Assembly (NCBI GenBank): GCA_951406725.2
Contig: OX597831.1
Location: forward strand, 9,238,001 to 9,302,000
Length of the DNA stretch: 64,000 nucleotides
From: Octopus vulgaris
Taxonomy: Eukaryota
Reading direction: 5' to 3'
Positions 25,819 to 40,160 of this stretch are shown here, in pieces (the first letter of the stretch is position 1; each line of letters starts with the position of its first letter). A program made the position numbers and the translations under genes. The notes beneath the pieces are model-generated. The model searched no databases, had not been told where the DNA came from, and saw only the letters and a list, made by a program, of their open reading frames with translations.

Positions 25819-27111
25819 TTGGGTCATCCCATAAATGATGCAGTTTTTTCAATTGCATGAGCTAAAAGTTGGAGGGGATGGGATAAATTATCTGCATCAG
25901 CTTGCTATAAAAGCAGGTAGTAATTTTACCTTGTACTTATTCTTAGTGTAAGTTTTGAAGAGTGCAGTTTGATTTTAACTGTTATTTTTCCAAAGCTATA
26001 ATGGAAGTGACAAAGGAGCACATTCAGCATATTTTGCTTTATGAGTTCAATAAAGGCAACAACGCAATGGAAAATGTGAGGAATATCAATGCAGTATATG
26101 AAAATCGGACAATAAGCATAAGCCTGTGTCAACAGTGGTTCCAGAAATTTCGAGCCGGAAACTACAGCTTAGAAAATGAGCCTCATCCTGAAAGAATTGT
26201 AGGGCTCGACGAGGACGTCCTGCAAACCCTGGTGGAACAAATCTTCATCGTAACTGTTGAGGCAATAGCAGAGAAGCTGGTATCTGGTCATTCAACCATT
26301 CATCGACACCTGTGTGTCATCAGAAAATTCAGCAAATTAGGTCAATGGGTTCCTCACAAACTGTACGAGTCTAATCGCGCACAGAGAGTGAATATGTGCT
26401 CTTCTTTTCTGCCACATCTCACGAATGAATCTTTTTTGGGCCAAATAGTGACTGGTAATGAGAAATGAATTCTCTATAAAAATGTCAAGCGCCGAAAACA
26501 GCAGGTTGGAAAAGGAGAAACACCGGCATCCCAGGCTAAAGGAACGTCTTAACACTCGTAAGGTGTTGTTATCTGTTTGGTGGGATATAAAAGGTTTAGT
26601 CCACTTTGAACTTTTAAATCCAAACTAAACGATAACAAAGATCTACTGTGAACGGTAGATCTACTACTAGCGGCTTAAGTCAGCGCTAGAAGAAAAACGA
26701 CCATCTTTGGTTTCAAGACGAAAGGTGTTCTTCCATCAGGATAATGCTCGGCCACCTACAGCGAGGATGACATTCGAAAGGCTGGAGCAGTTTGAATGGG
26801 AAACAATGCCCTACTCACCATATTCGCCGGACATTGCCCCATCTGATTATCATTTATTCCGCAGTCTTCAAAATCATTTGGACGGAAAAGCATGAATTCT
26901 GTAGAGGAGGCCAGAACAGTGCTGGAGGAGTATTTTTCGTCACAGCGAAGTGAATTTTGGAAGAAAGACCTTGCAAGTCTACCAGACAGATGGAAGAGCA
27001 TTGTAGAAAATGAAGGGGAGTATAGTTTAGGTTAAAAAAGAACTTTGCTTATCTTAATTTTGAAAAAAAAAGAAGTATAAAAAACCCCGCATTATTTAAG
27101 GGATGACCCAG
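25819..27111 (+). mobile_element. Near full-length mariner DNA transposon (1293 bp, DD34D), inactive
   Basis: TIRs TTGGGTCATCCCATAAATGATGCAG and CCGCATTATTTAAGGGATGACCCAG, with TA on both sides (25817-18 and 27112-13). Confidence 0.95.
26001..27035 (+). pseudogene. Mariner transposase pseudogene
   Basis: It runs MEVTKEHIQHILLYEF..WFQKFRAG..WVPHKL..IVTGNEK* (first catalytic D changed to N, W changed to stop), then HQDNARP..YSPDIAPSDYHLF with 34 residues between the Ds, and ends WKSIVENEGEYSLG*. Several stops and frameshifts. Confidence 0.93.
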
Positions 27112-27134
27112 TATGTGTGTGAGTATATATATAT

Positions 27135-27320
27135 ATTCTTAAAATTCTTAAAATTGAATAGAAGATCTGAAATCCACCTGATGAATGTCCTTAGAAGAGA
27201 CACGAAACAATTGTAGTGGCGAATTTAATTTTATTTAATTTATATTAAATTTTTTTATGTATTGGATTAAGTCTTTCTTTGTTTGATTTGCAAAATAGTG
27301 GTTTTGTCTCTAATTAATAT
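27135..27320 (+). mobile_element. Penelope pLTR-like remnant carrying a minimal type I hammerhead
   Basis: An AT-rich segment between TA repeats, containing the hammerhead at 27174-27219 followed by a T-rich tail. Confidence 0.6.
27174..27219 (+). ncRNA. Minimal type I hammerhead ribozyme motif
   Basis: CCAC (stem I), CTGATGA, A-TGTC..GACA-C (stem II), GAAA, CAATTG (palindromic stem III), TA, GTGG (stem I'). The cleavage triplet is GUA; the 10.1-11.1 pair is an A.C mismatch. Confidence 0.75.
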
Positions 27321-27338
27321 TATATATATATATATATA

Positions 27339-27383
<45 letters not shown>

Positions 27384-27477
27384 ATGTATGTACGTATGTA
27401 TCTATATCGATCAGTGACGCAAAGAGAGAAGTGGAACTCAAAACATATCCATGTATATATATATATATATATATATA

Positions 27478-27995
<518 letters not shown>

Positions 27996-28232
27996 ATATA
28001 CGCCGATATCTATATCCAAAATAAAACGGAAGAGAATGTTTATATCATATGAAATTACATTAGCTTACGCGAATTTCATTAACTGGGGATGGTGTATAAG
28101 TTAGAAAGAGAAAACCTTATAATACAATTGTATTTTCAAGTTTTCAGAGATAGTACATCTCGCCTTAGTAAACTTTCGTTACAAAGACGCGACTCTTAGG
28201 TGCGTATATGCATATATATGTGTATATTTATT

Positions 28233-28273
<41 letters not shown>

Positions 28274-28877
28274 GTACACACGCAACGCATTTGTGTATCT
28301 CTGTATGACAGCATCTCTGTGTGGTGAGTGCGTGCTTGTGTGTGTGTTCAAATGTGCGCGCGTATGTTTGCATGTTCTCTCGGTAAGAATAAGAATAATT
28401 ACACATCTGGAGGTACAGGGAATGGGGGGGGAGTATTTAAATGAAATTGAAAATCGCTTTGAACGCATACACACATGCACTGATACAACACGCACACAGT
28501 ACGCGCAAACACTCACACACACACGAACGCGCACGCACACAGACATGTACAACGAACACACAAACACACATTGGAGCACCGTTTTTACAATAACAAGAAT
28601 ATATTTTCCAATACTTTTGGATTTCCTTTTCTTTGTGTCTATACTGACCGAAAGTTTTTTTTTCCATTCGAATTTCTTCTATGTACTTTAGCAAATCCTT
28701 GTTTAAATTCTCCAAGACTGCATTATTCTTACCAAACGAATTGTTCAAACATGGCGGGTATCATTAACTGGAACAACAGGAAGGAGACTTGAATGGGTTT
28801 CGAAAACAAAAAAACAATAGTGAAATTATTTCTTCAATTATATTTATTTCAACACCACCACCACCACCACCACCACC

Positions 28878-28894
28878 ACTTCTATTGTTTTTAT

Positions 28895-28961
<67 letters not shown>

Positions 28962-29961
28962 CAAATCAGGTCTTCTAACTCCTATTACTCTGTCAGTCTA
29001 AATGTTAGAGTCCCACAATATCTTGTATTTCTTGCTTTCTAGTACTTTACTAGGTTCATCTTCATACCATTTATCAGTTTGTTCAAATCCTAGTTTTCTA
29101 CATAGCTCCCAGTGGATTACTCTCCTTAGATTGACATGTCTTTTCTTGTATTCTTTCTGTGCCAGCATGTGAATTTCACTTGCTACATGATTAATGCTTT
29201 CCTCTTTTGATTTGCGTAATCTACTGGGGAATCGATTTTGGCTTTTATCCAATTAGTCATTAATGCTTGATCCTGTGCAACTACTAACAAACTTTCTGTC
29301 TCCCTCTTTAGCTTTCTCTTCTGCAGCCATAACCATGTCTCACTTCTATTATTTGCTGCAACTATCTTTGGGAATCTACCATGCAACACCTTCTCCAGCC
29401 AGTCAAATAATTTTTGTGTTTTCTTCCGGTTTTTAACTTCTTTTCTTTTCGGTTTTTGGTTTCCATATGTCTTGCTGTGACCCTAGCAGCTTTTAATAAA
29501 TTTTCTTCACTATTACCTACATAGGAGCCTATATCTACTCTAGTTAACTCAATTCAGTCTATTGCTTCTTCCGCCTTCCTTTCTTGTTACTCTTGCCTTC
29601 GGGTGGAGTTCCCCATTCATATTGAATTCCTTCCTAGTTCTTCTGTCTAGCTTTGCTAATTCAGTTTTTTTTCCAATCTACAAAAGCTGCTGAGTATCTA
29701 AGTAATGATACTGCCCAAGAATTTACAGCATTCACTAGATTCGAATTATTTAGCCTTGACTTTATTAGCTTCCTCACACTTCTGATGTACTCCTCAATTT
29801 TCGTTTTTTCATTTCTGTAGTTAGAAATGTATCAGATTCTAATACTCTTAGATACTTATAACTTTCTTCTCCTTTCAATGATTTTAATGTCTGGCCATCT
29901 CGTAATTGGATGCCTTCGCTGCTGACTACCTGTGCTCTTCTCATGACTAATTTTGCACACA
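28878..29961 (-). mobile_element. Dong/R4-clade LINE fragment (RT thumb, CCHC region, start of restriction-like endonuclease)
   Basis: Frameshifted peptides ESYKYLRVLES, WLWLQKRKLKRETESLLVVAQDQAL, EESINHVASE..LAQKEYKKRH..IHWELC, KWYEDEPSKVLESKKYKILWD and RRPDLVVV..DKNNRS. The 5' side abuts (TAA)n. Confidence 0.9.
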
Positions 29962-30240
<279 letters not shown>

Positions 30241-30404
30241 TTTATGTTGTTCTTGTTGCTGTTGATGTTGTCGTTGCTGTTGTTGATATTGTCGAAAACA
30301 TATGCACTCACAAAAATAAACGTTCACGCATGTAGACATGTATACACACACACTAACAAAACATGTAATGAATATACATATGTGTGTGCGTATACATTTC
30401 ACAC

Positions 30405-30467
<63 letters not shown>

Positions 30468-31080
30468 CATACATACATACATACGTACATATATGAATTT
30501 GGAAACATATATTCCAATGCTGAGGTGAACAAACAACTCACAAGTACAATCTATGTCTCTCAGTGCAATGCAGAAGCTTTTGTACTAATCTTTCATGAAG
30601 CACCTGTTCAATATGGGAAAGGAACAGATCGCTGTTGAGCGAGAGGGAAGAAGATGTGCCAGCAGCGGAGGCGAATGGCTCAGCATTAAATATCGCTTAG
30701 CAGATTACCGATCATTTTCGTTCAGGTAAATTTGTGTATGTGAACACCTGCTTCAATCCTTCTTTCTCTCTCGCTCCGATGCACACACACACTCACACAC
30801 ACACACACACACACACACGCACGCATACACACACAGAGAGTTATGTCCATACAGATACATGTATGTATATGTAGATATAGATATATACAAATAATTCTAT
30901 GCATTCTCTCCTTCTGTCAGACGTTTGTCTGTTTGGTCTGTCTCTCTGTCTCTCTGTCTGTCTGTCTCTATGTCTGTCTGTATGTCTATGTGGTAAATAT
31001 ACTTGACGATGTCTGCTGCTACTGTTTAGAACTCGATCAGAAATGTATTATTGCTTGTTTCTCCTTTTTCGAGATTAGCA

Positions 31081-31148
31081 AAGTTTGGGAAAAATAGGGG
31101 TTTCGTTGGGGATGCATCCCCAACGAAACCCGTATTTTTCCCAAACTT
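31081..31148. repeat. 68-bp spacerless palindrome (one mismatch)
   Basis: AAGTTTGGGAAAAATAGGGGTTTCGTTGGGGATG|CATCCCCAACGAAACCCGTATTTTTCCCAAACTT. Confidence 0.95.
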
Positions 31149-31324
31149 CTCAAACCTACTATAATGTAATACATGTCTTTGGTGAGGTAATTGTGCGCGG
31201 CTGAAGAAGGCTATTGACATACATGTTACATCAATTATGCATTGATATAAACTGTCCAATAAAGCCAGAAACATATGTACCGCTAAATCCTTTGCATCCT
31301 GTTTTTCTTTTGATAAATAAATAA

Positions 31325-31402
<78 letters not shown>

Positions 31403-31494
31403 TTACTTGGAATATAATGCCTAGGAGAGTGTCAAAGTTTCAAGTTCTATAACATTACTCATATGTAGATATTAGAACCTTGTACTAAAGTAAT

Positions 31495-31599
31495 TGAAGA
31501 GCGTAGGCTCGAAACATAAAAGACTTTCTCACCTTCCCGAGCGTCAAACAAATGCACCTTTTTAAACAGTTCTCCGTCTTTTGTTTTTCTGTAAATTTC

Positions 31600-31602
<3 letters not shown>
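31495..31602 (+). mobile_element. Diverged 5'-truncated copy of the 11672/14733 repeat
   Basis: TGAAGAGCGTAGGCTCGAAACATAAAAGACTTTCTC..TCCCGAGCGT..CGTCTTTTGTTTTT, followed by (TA)n. Confidence 0.7.
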
Positions 31603-31676
<74 letters not shown>

Positions 31677-32958
31677 ATGTGGATTCGGCAGGTATTGTTT
31701 ATTTTATGAAACAGTAAAAAAACATTTTGGAAAATATGTAATCGTAAGCAGTATTTAGAAAAGAAAGCAAATAATCTCGATCGAGTGTTTTTTTAAAGAA
31801 ATATGAGTCAAGGCTTCACAGCGTCTTCTTGAGCCGAAAACTTCGTGTGAGATTGGTAAATAATTAAACAGTTTTGCCTCCTTTAAGTTTGCTGAGCTAA
31901 TCATTAAGATAATGTTTTCTTCATGCTCACAATATAATTTGAATTAATTAGCGTTCCCCGGCGCGCTACCTTACGTGTGTTGGCGCCCAATTTGCATATA
32001 TTTGAAAGCAGTTGGCGTTGTTTATATTTCCATTCTCCCCAGTTTATTCTCATAAATTACAAATGACTTGACTGCTTAGAACAGAGCTACACAGATATCT
32101 TTCTATTACAATATATTTAGGACAAGTCTATATTTATTTTATGCGTGAAGTACTTTTAATTGGTGTCAAAGTCTTATAAATTTCCCACCTCTAATTGACA
32201 ACTAACATAATTACATTTTTAACAACTCACTGGACTTGCATAAGATTGAACGCTGAATATATAAATACATAATTCAAAAATTGCTGTTATCTGGTTGTCT
32301 AACTTATTATGCTCATTTTCTATTATTTCAAACCCTGAAGAATTTTAGCAATCTAATTATAGCTCCATATATTGAAAAAATAATTTTCTGTCTTGCACGT
32401 ATAATTACCGCCAATTATATATTATATAAATTCTGTAAACACATACGTAATTGAAGTGTCAATTCCTAATATATTATGAAAATTTCCAGGCATCGCTGTA
32501 TATATGGTTGAGGTGCTTACTTGGTAAGCACGTGCTTTCGGGTTCACTGCTGTTATAACGAAATTCTTGTTTCGTTGAAGATTCTGCATAGAGTAAACTT
32601 ATAATAATACAAAAGAGAAAAGTTCTCACTTTGAAAAGAAAGTATATCTGTTTCTGTGTGAAATACCAAAGTCACCATTGTATGTTAATATAATGTTTGT
32701 GAAACATAAATAAGAGGAAATCACAGTTATTAAGACAAAATGGTTTCTGTGAATATTCACCCAGACGAAAGGAGAGGAGCTTTAATCCTTTTCAAATTGC
32801 AACATCCGTTTTTGAACCATTCAGCACGTTTAAATCTTGTGCAGGAATTCTGTCCAAACACTCAGTCTGAAATTAATCTCAGTTTTTCCTTCACTGATAA
32901 TGGTTGAGTCTGCCATTTTTATTCCTTTGAGCAAGTTCGTAAACACATATCATATGTA

Positions 32959-33701
32959 TTGTATTGAGTCAAAAGTTTTGCGATATTTTTTGCAAACGGA
33001 TTTGCTTTACTGGTCGAGTTAAAACAAAAGCAGCCAAGCATTAAGAGTAGAGGTCATCGTCTTGCACTGTCAGAAGCCAACTTTCTGTCAGTTGTTTGAT
33101 CCCATACTGATACCAGAGGTTGTTCCTGGAGGCAGAGAACTTCCTCATCGAAGCTTGCACCTCCTCTTGATTGACGAAGCACGGTGAGTGTATGAAATGC
33201 GTTATGGAGCTGAACAAGTACAAATCAAGGAAGATATTTCTCTGCCATCTTAATGTGCATAAAGAGTGGCTAAGCAAGAACCAGCTTCCGGAACCTGTCA
33301 CCAAACATAAGAATTGCAAACACAAGGTGTTGCTCTACATCCGTTGGAATTATGAGGGGATAATTCACTACGAGTTCGTTCCCAGCGGTTGAACTATTGA
33401 TGCCGGCCTGTTCTCCAAACAGCTGGAGCGGATGTATGCTACTGAGCGGCAAAAATACCTGACATTCGTGAACAGAATCAAAAACTCTTCTACCGCGAGG
33501 TAACGCAAGACCTCATACCGCTCGAAAGATCCGGAATAAACTCCAGAAACCTCAGGGAATCGAACTGATGCCACACAGTCCGGATTCAAAGATGATGCAA
33601 CACGATGGCCTTTACTTTGAATGCCAGGCTGTTTTTCTTGTAAATTGACGAACAAAGCAAATATGTCACCAAAATATTGCAAGACTTTTGGCTCAACACG
33701 A
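32959..33701. mobile_element. Rearranged mariner derivative with two 3' ends in inverted orientation
   Basis: TA-flanked TIRs TTGTATTGAGTCAAAAGTTTTGCGATATTTT and AAAATATTGCAAGACTTTTGGCTCAACACGA. The minus strand at 33190-33041 encodes the transposase C-terminus (FVNQEEVQASMRKFSASRNNLWYQYGIKQLTESW..LYS*). The plus strand at 33225-33625 encodes KVLLYIRWNYEGIIHYEF, GNARPHTARK, GIELMPH and MQHDGLYFE. Confidence 0.8.
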
Positions 33702-34880
33702 TATTATCTTTATTCTGCAAAGCATTGTTGCAGCGTTTCAAGCTGTGCTCTTAATGAAAATAACGAAATGAAACAATTCACCAGCGATAGTTGCAGCTTA
33801 GCCTTCAAATTTAATTTCTGTCAAAATTTAATTTGACAGCTGCATTTAATTGTTGTCATATTAAATGCAGCAATTAAATGACTGCGTGGAATCACTGCAT
33901 TCAACTTAGCAGCAATTAAATACTGTCAAATGTTGTTAAAACATTAGCTGTCAAATGCTGTTAAAATATTTACAACCAAACATTTTAACAGCAATTGCTG
34001 CAATTAAGATTTCACGCTAATTATCACAGTGACAGTTCAGAATGGTTTTTCTTCTTCATATGTTAATTATAGTTGGTGGTTCAGGAGTTAACCAGAGAGC
34101 CTCTTGGTGGTTGCTCAATTCATTAGATATGGTAGCCAAATCTTACACACCATCTTAATCCAAAATACGACTTTGTAGTCCCACATACCTTACAAAAAAA
34201 CTGGGTAGTCACTCCTTGGACGCCTTTGATAAAATCATATACTACTTCACTCAAAGCGAACCTCTTTCTAGGTTCGAAGCCAAACCAAACTCAACGACAG
34301 GAACTTGAATTCGTTGCCCTACAATTGCTTAGGTAGCGATAGCTTGTAACGTTAAATGCCAATCATTCCACCTTGAAGACGGAGGCCGGATTAACCTAAG
34401 ACTTTTATGCATCCACTACTGGTGGCATATTCTTGATGTTTTACGAACTTCACCTGGAAAAATTATTACATAGTTTCGAGCCTCACCACAAAAAAAAGAA
34501 CAGGTGTCGAAGCGGAAATTCCTTACCTTCTCCCCTTAGTTTTCTGCGTCATTCTACTCTGTGTAAATTTGCTCAATTAACATATAAATATCTTTATATT
34601 TATTCATGAATGTTCATAGTCTGAATATCTTCAATCTCTCTACTTACGTGAATGTATGTATGTATGTATGTATGTATGTATGTATGTATGTATGTATGCA
34701 TGTATGTATGTATGTATGTATATATGTATGTATGTCTTATATATCTGGCCCACATGCTTTCATTTATTTATTTGCATCGTTACCTCTCTCCCCTCTTTCT
34801 TCCTCCCCTCTCTCTCTCTATATATATACATACACACGCACACACACATATATATATATATGTGTGTGTGTATGTTTGCA

Positions 34881-34943
<63 letters not shown>

Positions 34944-35605
34944 GCAATCAGAATTACGCTCCACACACACACACACACAAACATAAGCAGTGCGTTGCGT
35001 TACAGAAATATTCCAAGGATTTAAAAAAAAACATAACCTGAAAATTTGACAAAAACAAAACACAATGATTTCCCTTTGGCCACCGACTTGGTCAGTGATG
35101 TTTCTTTGTGCTCAGCCACAGTCTCCCTTCACGGTTTGTGTACTTCTTCCTTCATTCTGCCCTTCCTGTGTCTCCAGTCCTTTAGGGCTTTTCCATTTCC
35201 TTTTGTATCACCCACATTCGTCTGTTTGATAACTGTTCTTCTTTTTTTGTCGTATTTGTATAAGTACTGTAATTATTTTACTTTCTCTTGTTTGTTTTCA
35301 TCCTTGTCCTGTACGCTCCTTAGCTATTATCAGTATCTTTTTTTGGCACTGGCGACTCCATTGAAGGAATAGTCTCCACGATAACGGCACGACACTAATA
35401 TGATCTTTTGGACGTCGACTGATTAGTAATTAGCTACAAATTTGTTGTTGTTTTTTTATCATATTTTCCGTGGATTTGTGGAATTTTTCGGTTACGTTTT
35501 ATTAAAAAGATCCTTGATATATATACACAGACTCATATAGTACATATACTGAGGAAGATAAGAAGCAAGTAAAGAATATTAAGAAACAGTATATATACCG
35601 AGAAG

Positions 35606-35668
<63 letters not shown>

Positions 35669-38109
35669 TGGATTCCACCCTTTGAGAACGATATATGAGG
35701 GATTAATAATGAGGTTGAAAGCATCTCCAACGCACTTCAAGTAATAAGTTGATGTATTTTCAGTGCAGATAGTGTTTTACACACATACACACACACGCAC
35801 GCATACACACTCACACATACATATGCGCATGCGTGTGTGTGCATCTTTGCATTTCTGTTCGTCCTCGCCACTGCTTAACAATTGTTGTTGGTTTGTTTAC
35901 ATCCCTTATTTGAGCTATTCGGCAAATGTCAGAGACAGAGTCAGTACCACACTGAAAAAAGCAAAAACACTTCAATGAAGTCCCTCTAGACTGAGCCCCA
36001 GCATGGCCGCACTCCAATAATTGAAACACGTAAAAGCTTTAATAGCATCTTTTGGATTGCATGATAAAACATTCAAATTAGTATCTTAGAATATTTACCA
36101 TGAATACACGTTTACAGCAATTAATTTAGGAAACTCGTTAAAGTGTTTGCGAAATTAATTCGAACGGAAACAAAGATTGCTAAACGCTTTCTTGTCAATT
36201 CGGTTTGAATATCAGGCATCATTCGTTAAATCCGTTCTCGCAGAGTTTTGTACATTTTAAAGTAAAACTGAAACTATTTAAAGCACAATAAATATTTTAT
36301 AGAATTGGATTCTCTGCGAACGAGGATTTGCTTTTTGAGTTGGCTTAGTTTTGTTATGTATACACACACACACACATACACACACGCACACACACACATA
36401 CACACACATATATATGTATATATGTATATATATATGTGTATATATACATGTGTGTGTTTGTGTGTGTGCGTGTTTGTGTCTGTGTATGCATGTATATATA
36501 TATATATATATATGCATATATGGATCTATATATATGTATATATACATATATATATATACATATATATGTATATATATCTATATATATATGTAAACATACA
36601 TATATATGTATGTATACGTATATATATCAATATATCTATCTATATATATATATATACATATATACATATATATATATAAGTGTGTGTGATTGTGAGTGTG
36701 TGTGTGTGTGTTTTCTATTTCAACAATATGGTATTGTATTAACACATTCTGTCAATAAGGAATTGTTACAGAAATTGGCAGTTTGGTATTTTATAGACGA
36801 TTTAGCAAAGTAGCTGCCGCGGCCATATTGGTTTTATCGATAGATTTAGCTAGAAACTTCTCTACCACTTTATCCTCCATTAAATCAACTCCACAACACT
36901 GAAGCAAACAAATAAAATTATTATTCAAAGTGTTTCTAGACATTTTTTCAATAAAATATTCTAAGAACAACACTGTTTGTCACACGACTATTTTCGAACG
37001 AGGATTTTAAAGAATGTTTGTTTTCATGAAATCAAACACAAGAGAGCGGATTTGAAATCTCCTAAACGAAAATTTCAAGCAAAATATCAAACGAAATGTT
37101 CGCGTCCCTGCCTATGTGGAACACGGATAAAACATGGAGAAGTCGTTCCGGTTCACTTCGCATATCTCACTCGCACACATTATTGTTTTAATGTCCATTT
37201 CTTCATTTCTCAATGGAAGCATGATTCGGATTACTATCTAATGCCGCGTCTCACAATGCGATTCAGTTCTACATCACATACCAAGTGCATCGTAAACCTG
37301 ATATAATTGTATTGAAAAAAATATTCAATTAAATAAAGGTTTCTGAAAAGTAGGTTTTCCATAATATTCGTCTTAATTTTTTCCATTTTTACCCAGTTTT
37401 TGTTTTATTGGTTATGATCTAATAAATAACTCCCTGCGAGGCGCCATGGAATCTCTTAAAACTAGCGATAGATTTTTCTGTCTTGCTCATGTTCTTCGCT
37501 ATGTGATTAGATCTGCAATACAGACAAGAAGATCGAACGTGCAAATCGTTGATTCAGAACTTTCTCTAAGAGATTACCAATCCAAAACATAACAATCTGA
37601 GGCCGACAACTTAAATACATTTCAATCTATTTAACTCGCAATTTTGACACTTTTCGAATGTTCTTTATCAAACCTGCGAATTGTAACATGTTTTACATAA
37701 CCAGCACCGTTTAATCTTTTACATGTTCGCATTAGAAAGCACATGACAGTGGCACCTTCGACTGCTGAAGGGTATTTTGGTAGCAGAATACTGAAAGTAA
37801 CACATTCTGCCGAAGTTTTTGATAGCCTCGTCGATAACTTCCATATCAAAGACGTAATACACATTACGAGTCTCTTTAATCACCAATTAACAAACAACAT
37901 GAGAATTTTGTCTTTTAGTATTTCAAAAGTGCATGATTTAAATAACGCTGCTATAGATCTTTTGTATATTATATCTTTCTGCAAATGCCTTGCCAATATT
38001 GATGTTACCGAGTCTAATGCTTGACGTTAATACTTTGGTTTTAGTTTTACATGCTGCGATATTGAGTAAAGTTATGCTATCCAAGTGTACATAGTTAAAC
38101 ATGTTTTAC

Positions 38110-38600
<491 letters not shown>

Positions 38601-39108
38601 TATGTATGTATAGATAGATGGATGGATATAGTTATATACCTCAGTGTATGGGTGGGTATTTCAAACTTGTTTCGCAAATAATCCTTGCTACAATTGCAAT
38701 ATTTGAAAAAATCATTTTATTTAATTAAAATTTTATTAATTACGTATTAAAAGCAGTGTAAAATATACCTGATGGAAGGATTTTTTTCTATAAATACATT
38801 CGGCTATTTTCGCCTTTGTATGTGTGTTTGAAGAACTGAAAACAGCGAAAGGCATCTACACAGAAACTTCTATCAACCAGGACCGAGTTAATCTGCCTTT
38901 TATTTTACAGACTTTTTTTATATATTTAAATTTTTTTATATATCTACAAATTTTACAGTCTGTTTTTTTACATAATCTATAAATATTAATTTAAAGAGTG
39001 TCTTCGAGTGTGTCTCTATGTAAATTTGTATACCTACGCATGTATACATACACAAGTACACACACGCGCACACTCACACATATATATTTATATATACACA
39101 CACGCGCT

Positions 39109-39139
<31 letters not shown>

Positions 39140-39809
39140 GTATGTACAAACACACACTATAATCAGGTGCTTTGATAGATGAACATGTATTTTTGTAACC
39201 ACGTGACTTCTATAGGGTTACAGCCGATGTACAACCTTCTTCATGTGGTATTAATTAGAACATGCAAGCAATTATTTGCACTTGTTTACGTTAATATGTC
39301 TGCTGTGCATAATACAATTGTATATTCAGAAATTAATTCAAATAAAGGAAGCTAGTTCATCAAATCAACGGCACATCATGGTTAGATCAACAGCTGAACT
39401 CTGAACATACACATAGGATTCACTCTTTGTACTGAGCACCCAAGATATGGAAGGCCTGAAATGGAAAATATACATTGACTTGGTCATTAAAAGCTGCGCA
39501 TCGTAGTCAAGATATATTGTGTTGTTAACTTTATAGAATAAATAGTCTCCACATATAATCATTCTCATCAATCAAGTTAAAGTGTTAGAAAGATAATGAG
39601 GAATGAACTGGGATTCATTTAAAGAATATAAGAAGAAAAAACGAAAAAGAGTAGGAAATAAAGACGAATAATATATAAGAAAAATATAAGTAAATAGTAT
39701 AAAATCATTTTTTATCAAGGTGATTGTATGTGTGGACAAGTGGGGCACAAAACAGTTGGGGGAAAGACAGTGGGGTCAAAATAATACTAAAGCACTGTTC
39801 AAAAACAAC

Positions 39810-40160
39810 AAACATACATACATACATACATACATACATACATGCATACATGCATACATACATACTTACATACATGCATACATAATTCACACATACACAC
39901 ATACATACATACACACATACATACATACCTACCTACCTACATACATACATGCATACATACACACATACATGCATACACACACATACATACATACATGCAT
40001 ACATACATACATACATGCATACATACATATATACATTCATACATGCATACATACATACATACATGCATACATACACACACACATACACACATGCATACAT
40101 ACATACATAGATACATACATGCATACATACATGCATACATACATGCATACACGCACACAC
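39810..40160. repeat. (CATA)n compound microsatellite
   Basis: Read directly from the sequence. Confidence 0.95.

Noticed and set aside
37631-38024. ORFs of 77 and 93 aa
   Set aside because: No motif recognised; lengths are within chance expectation.
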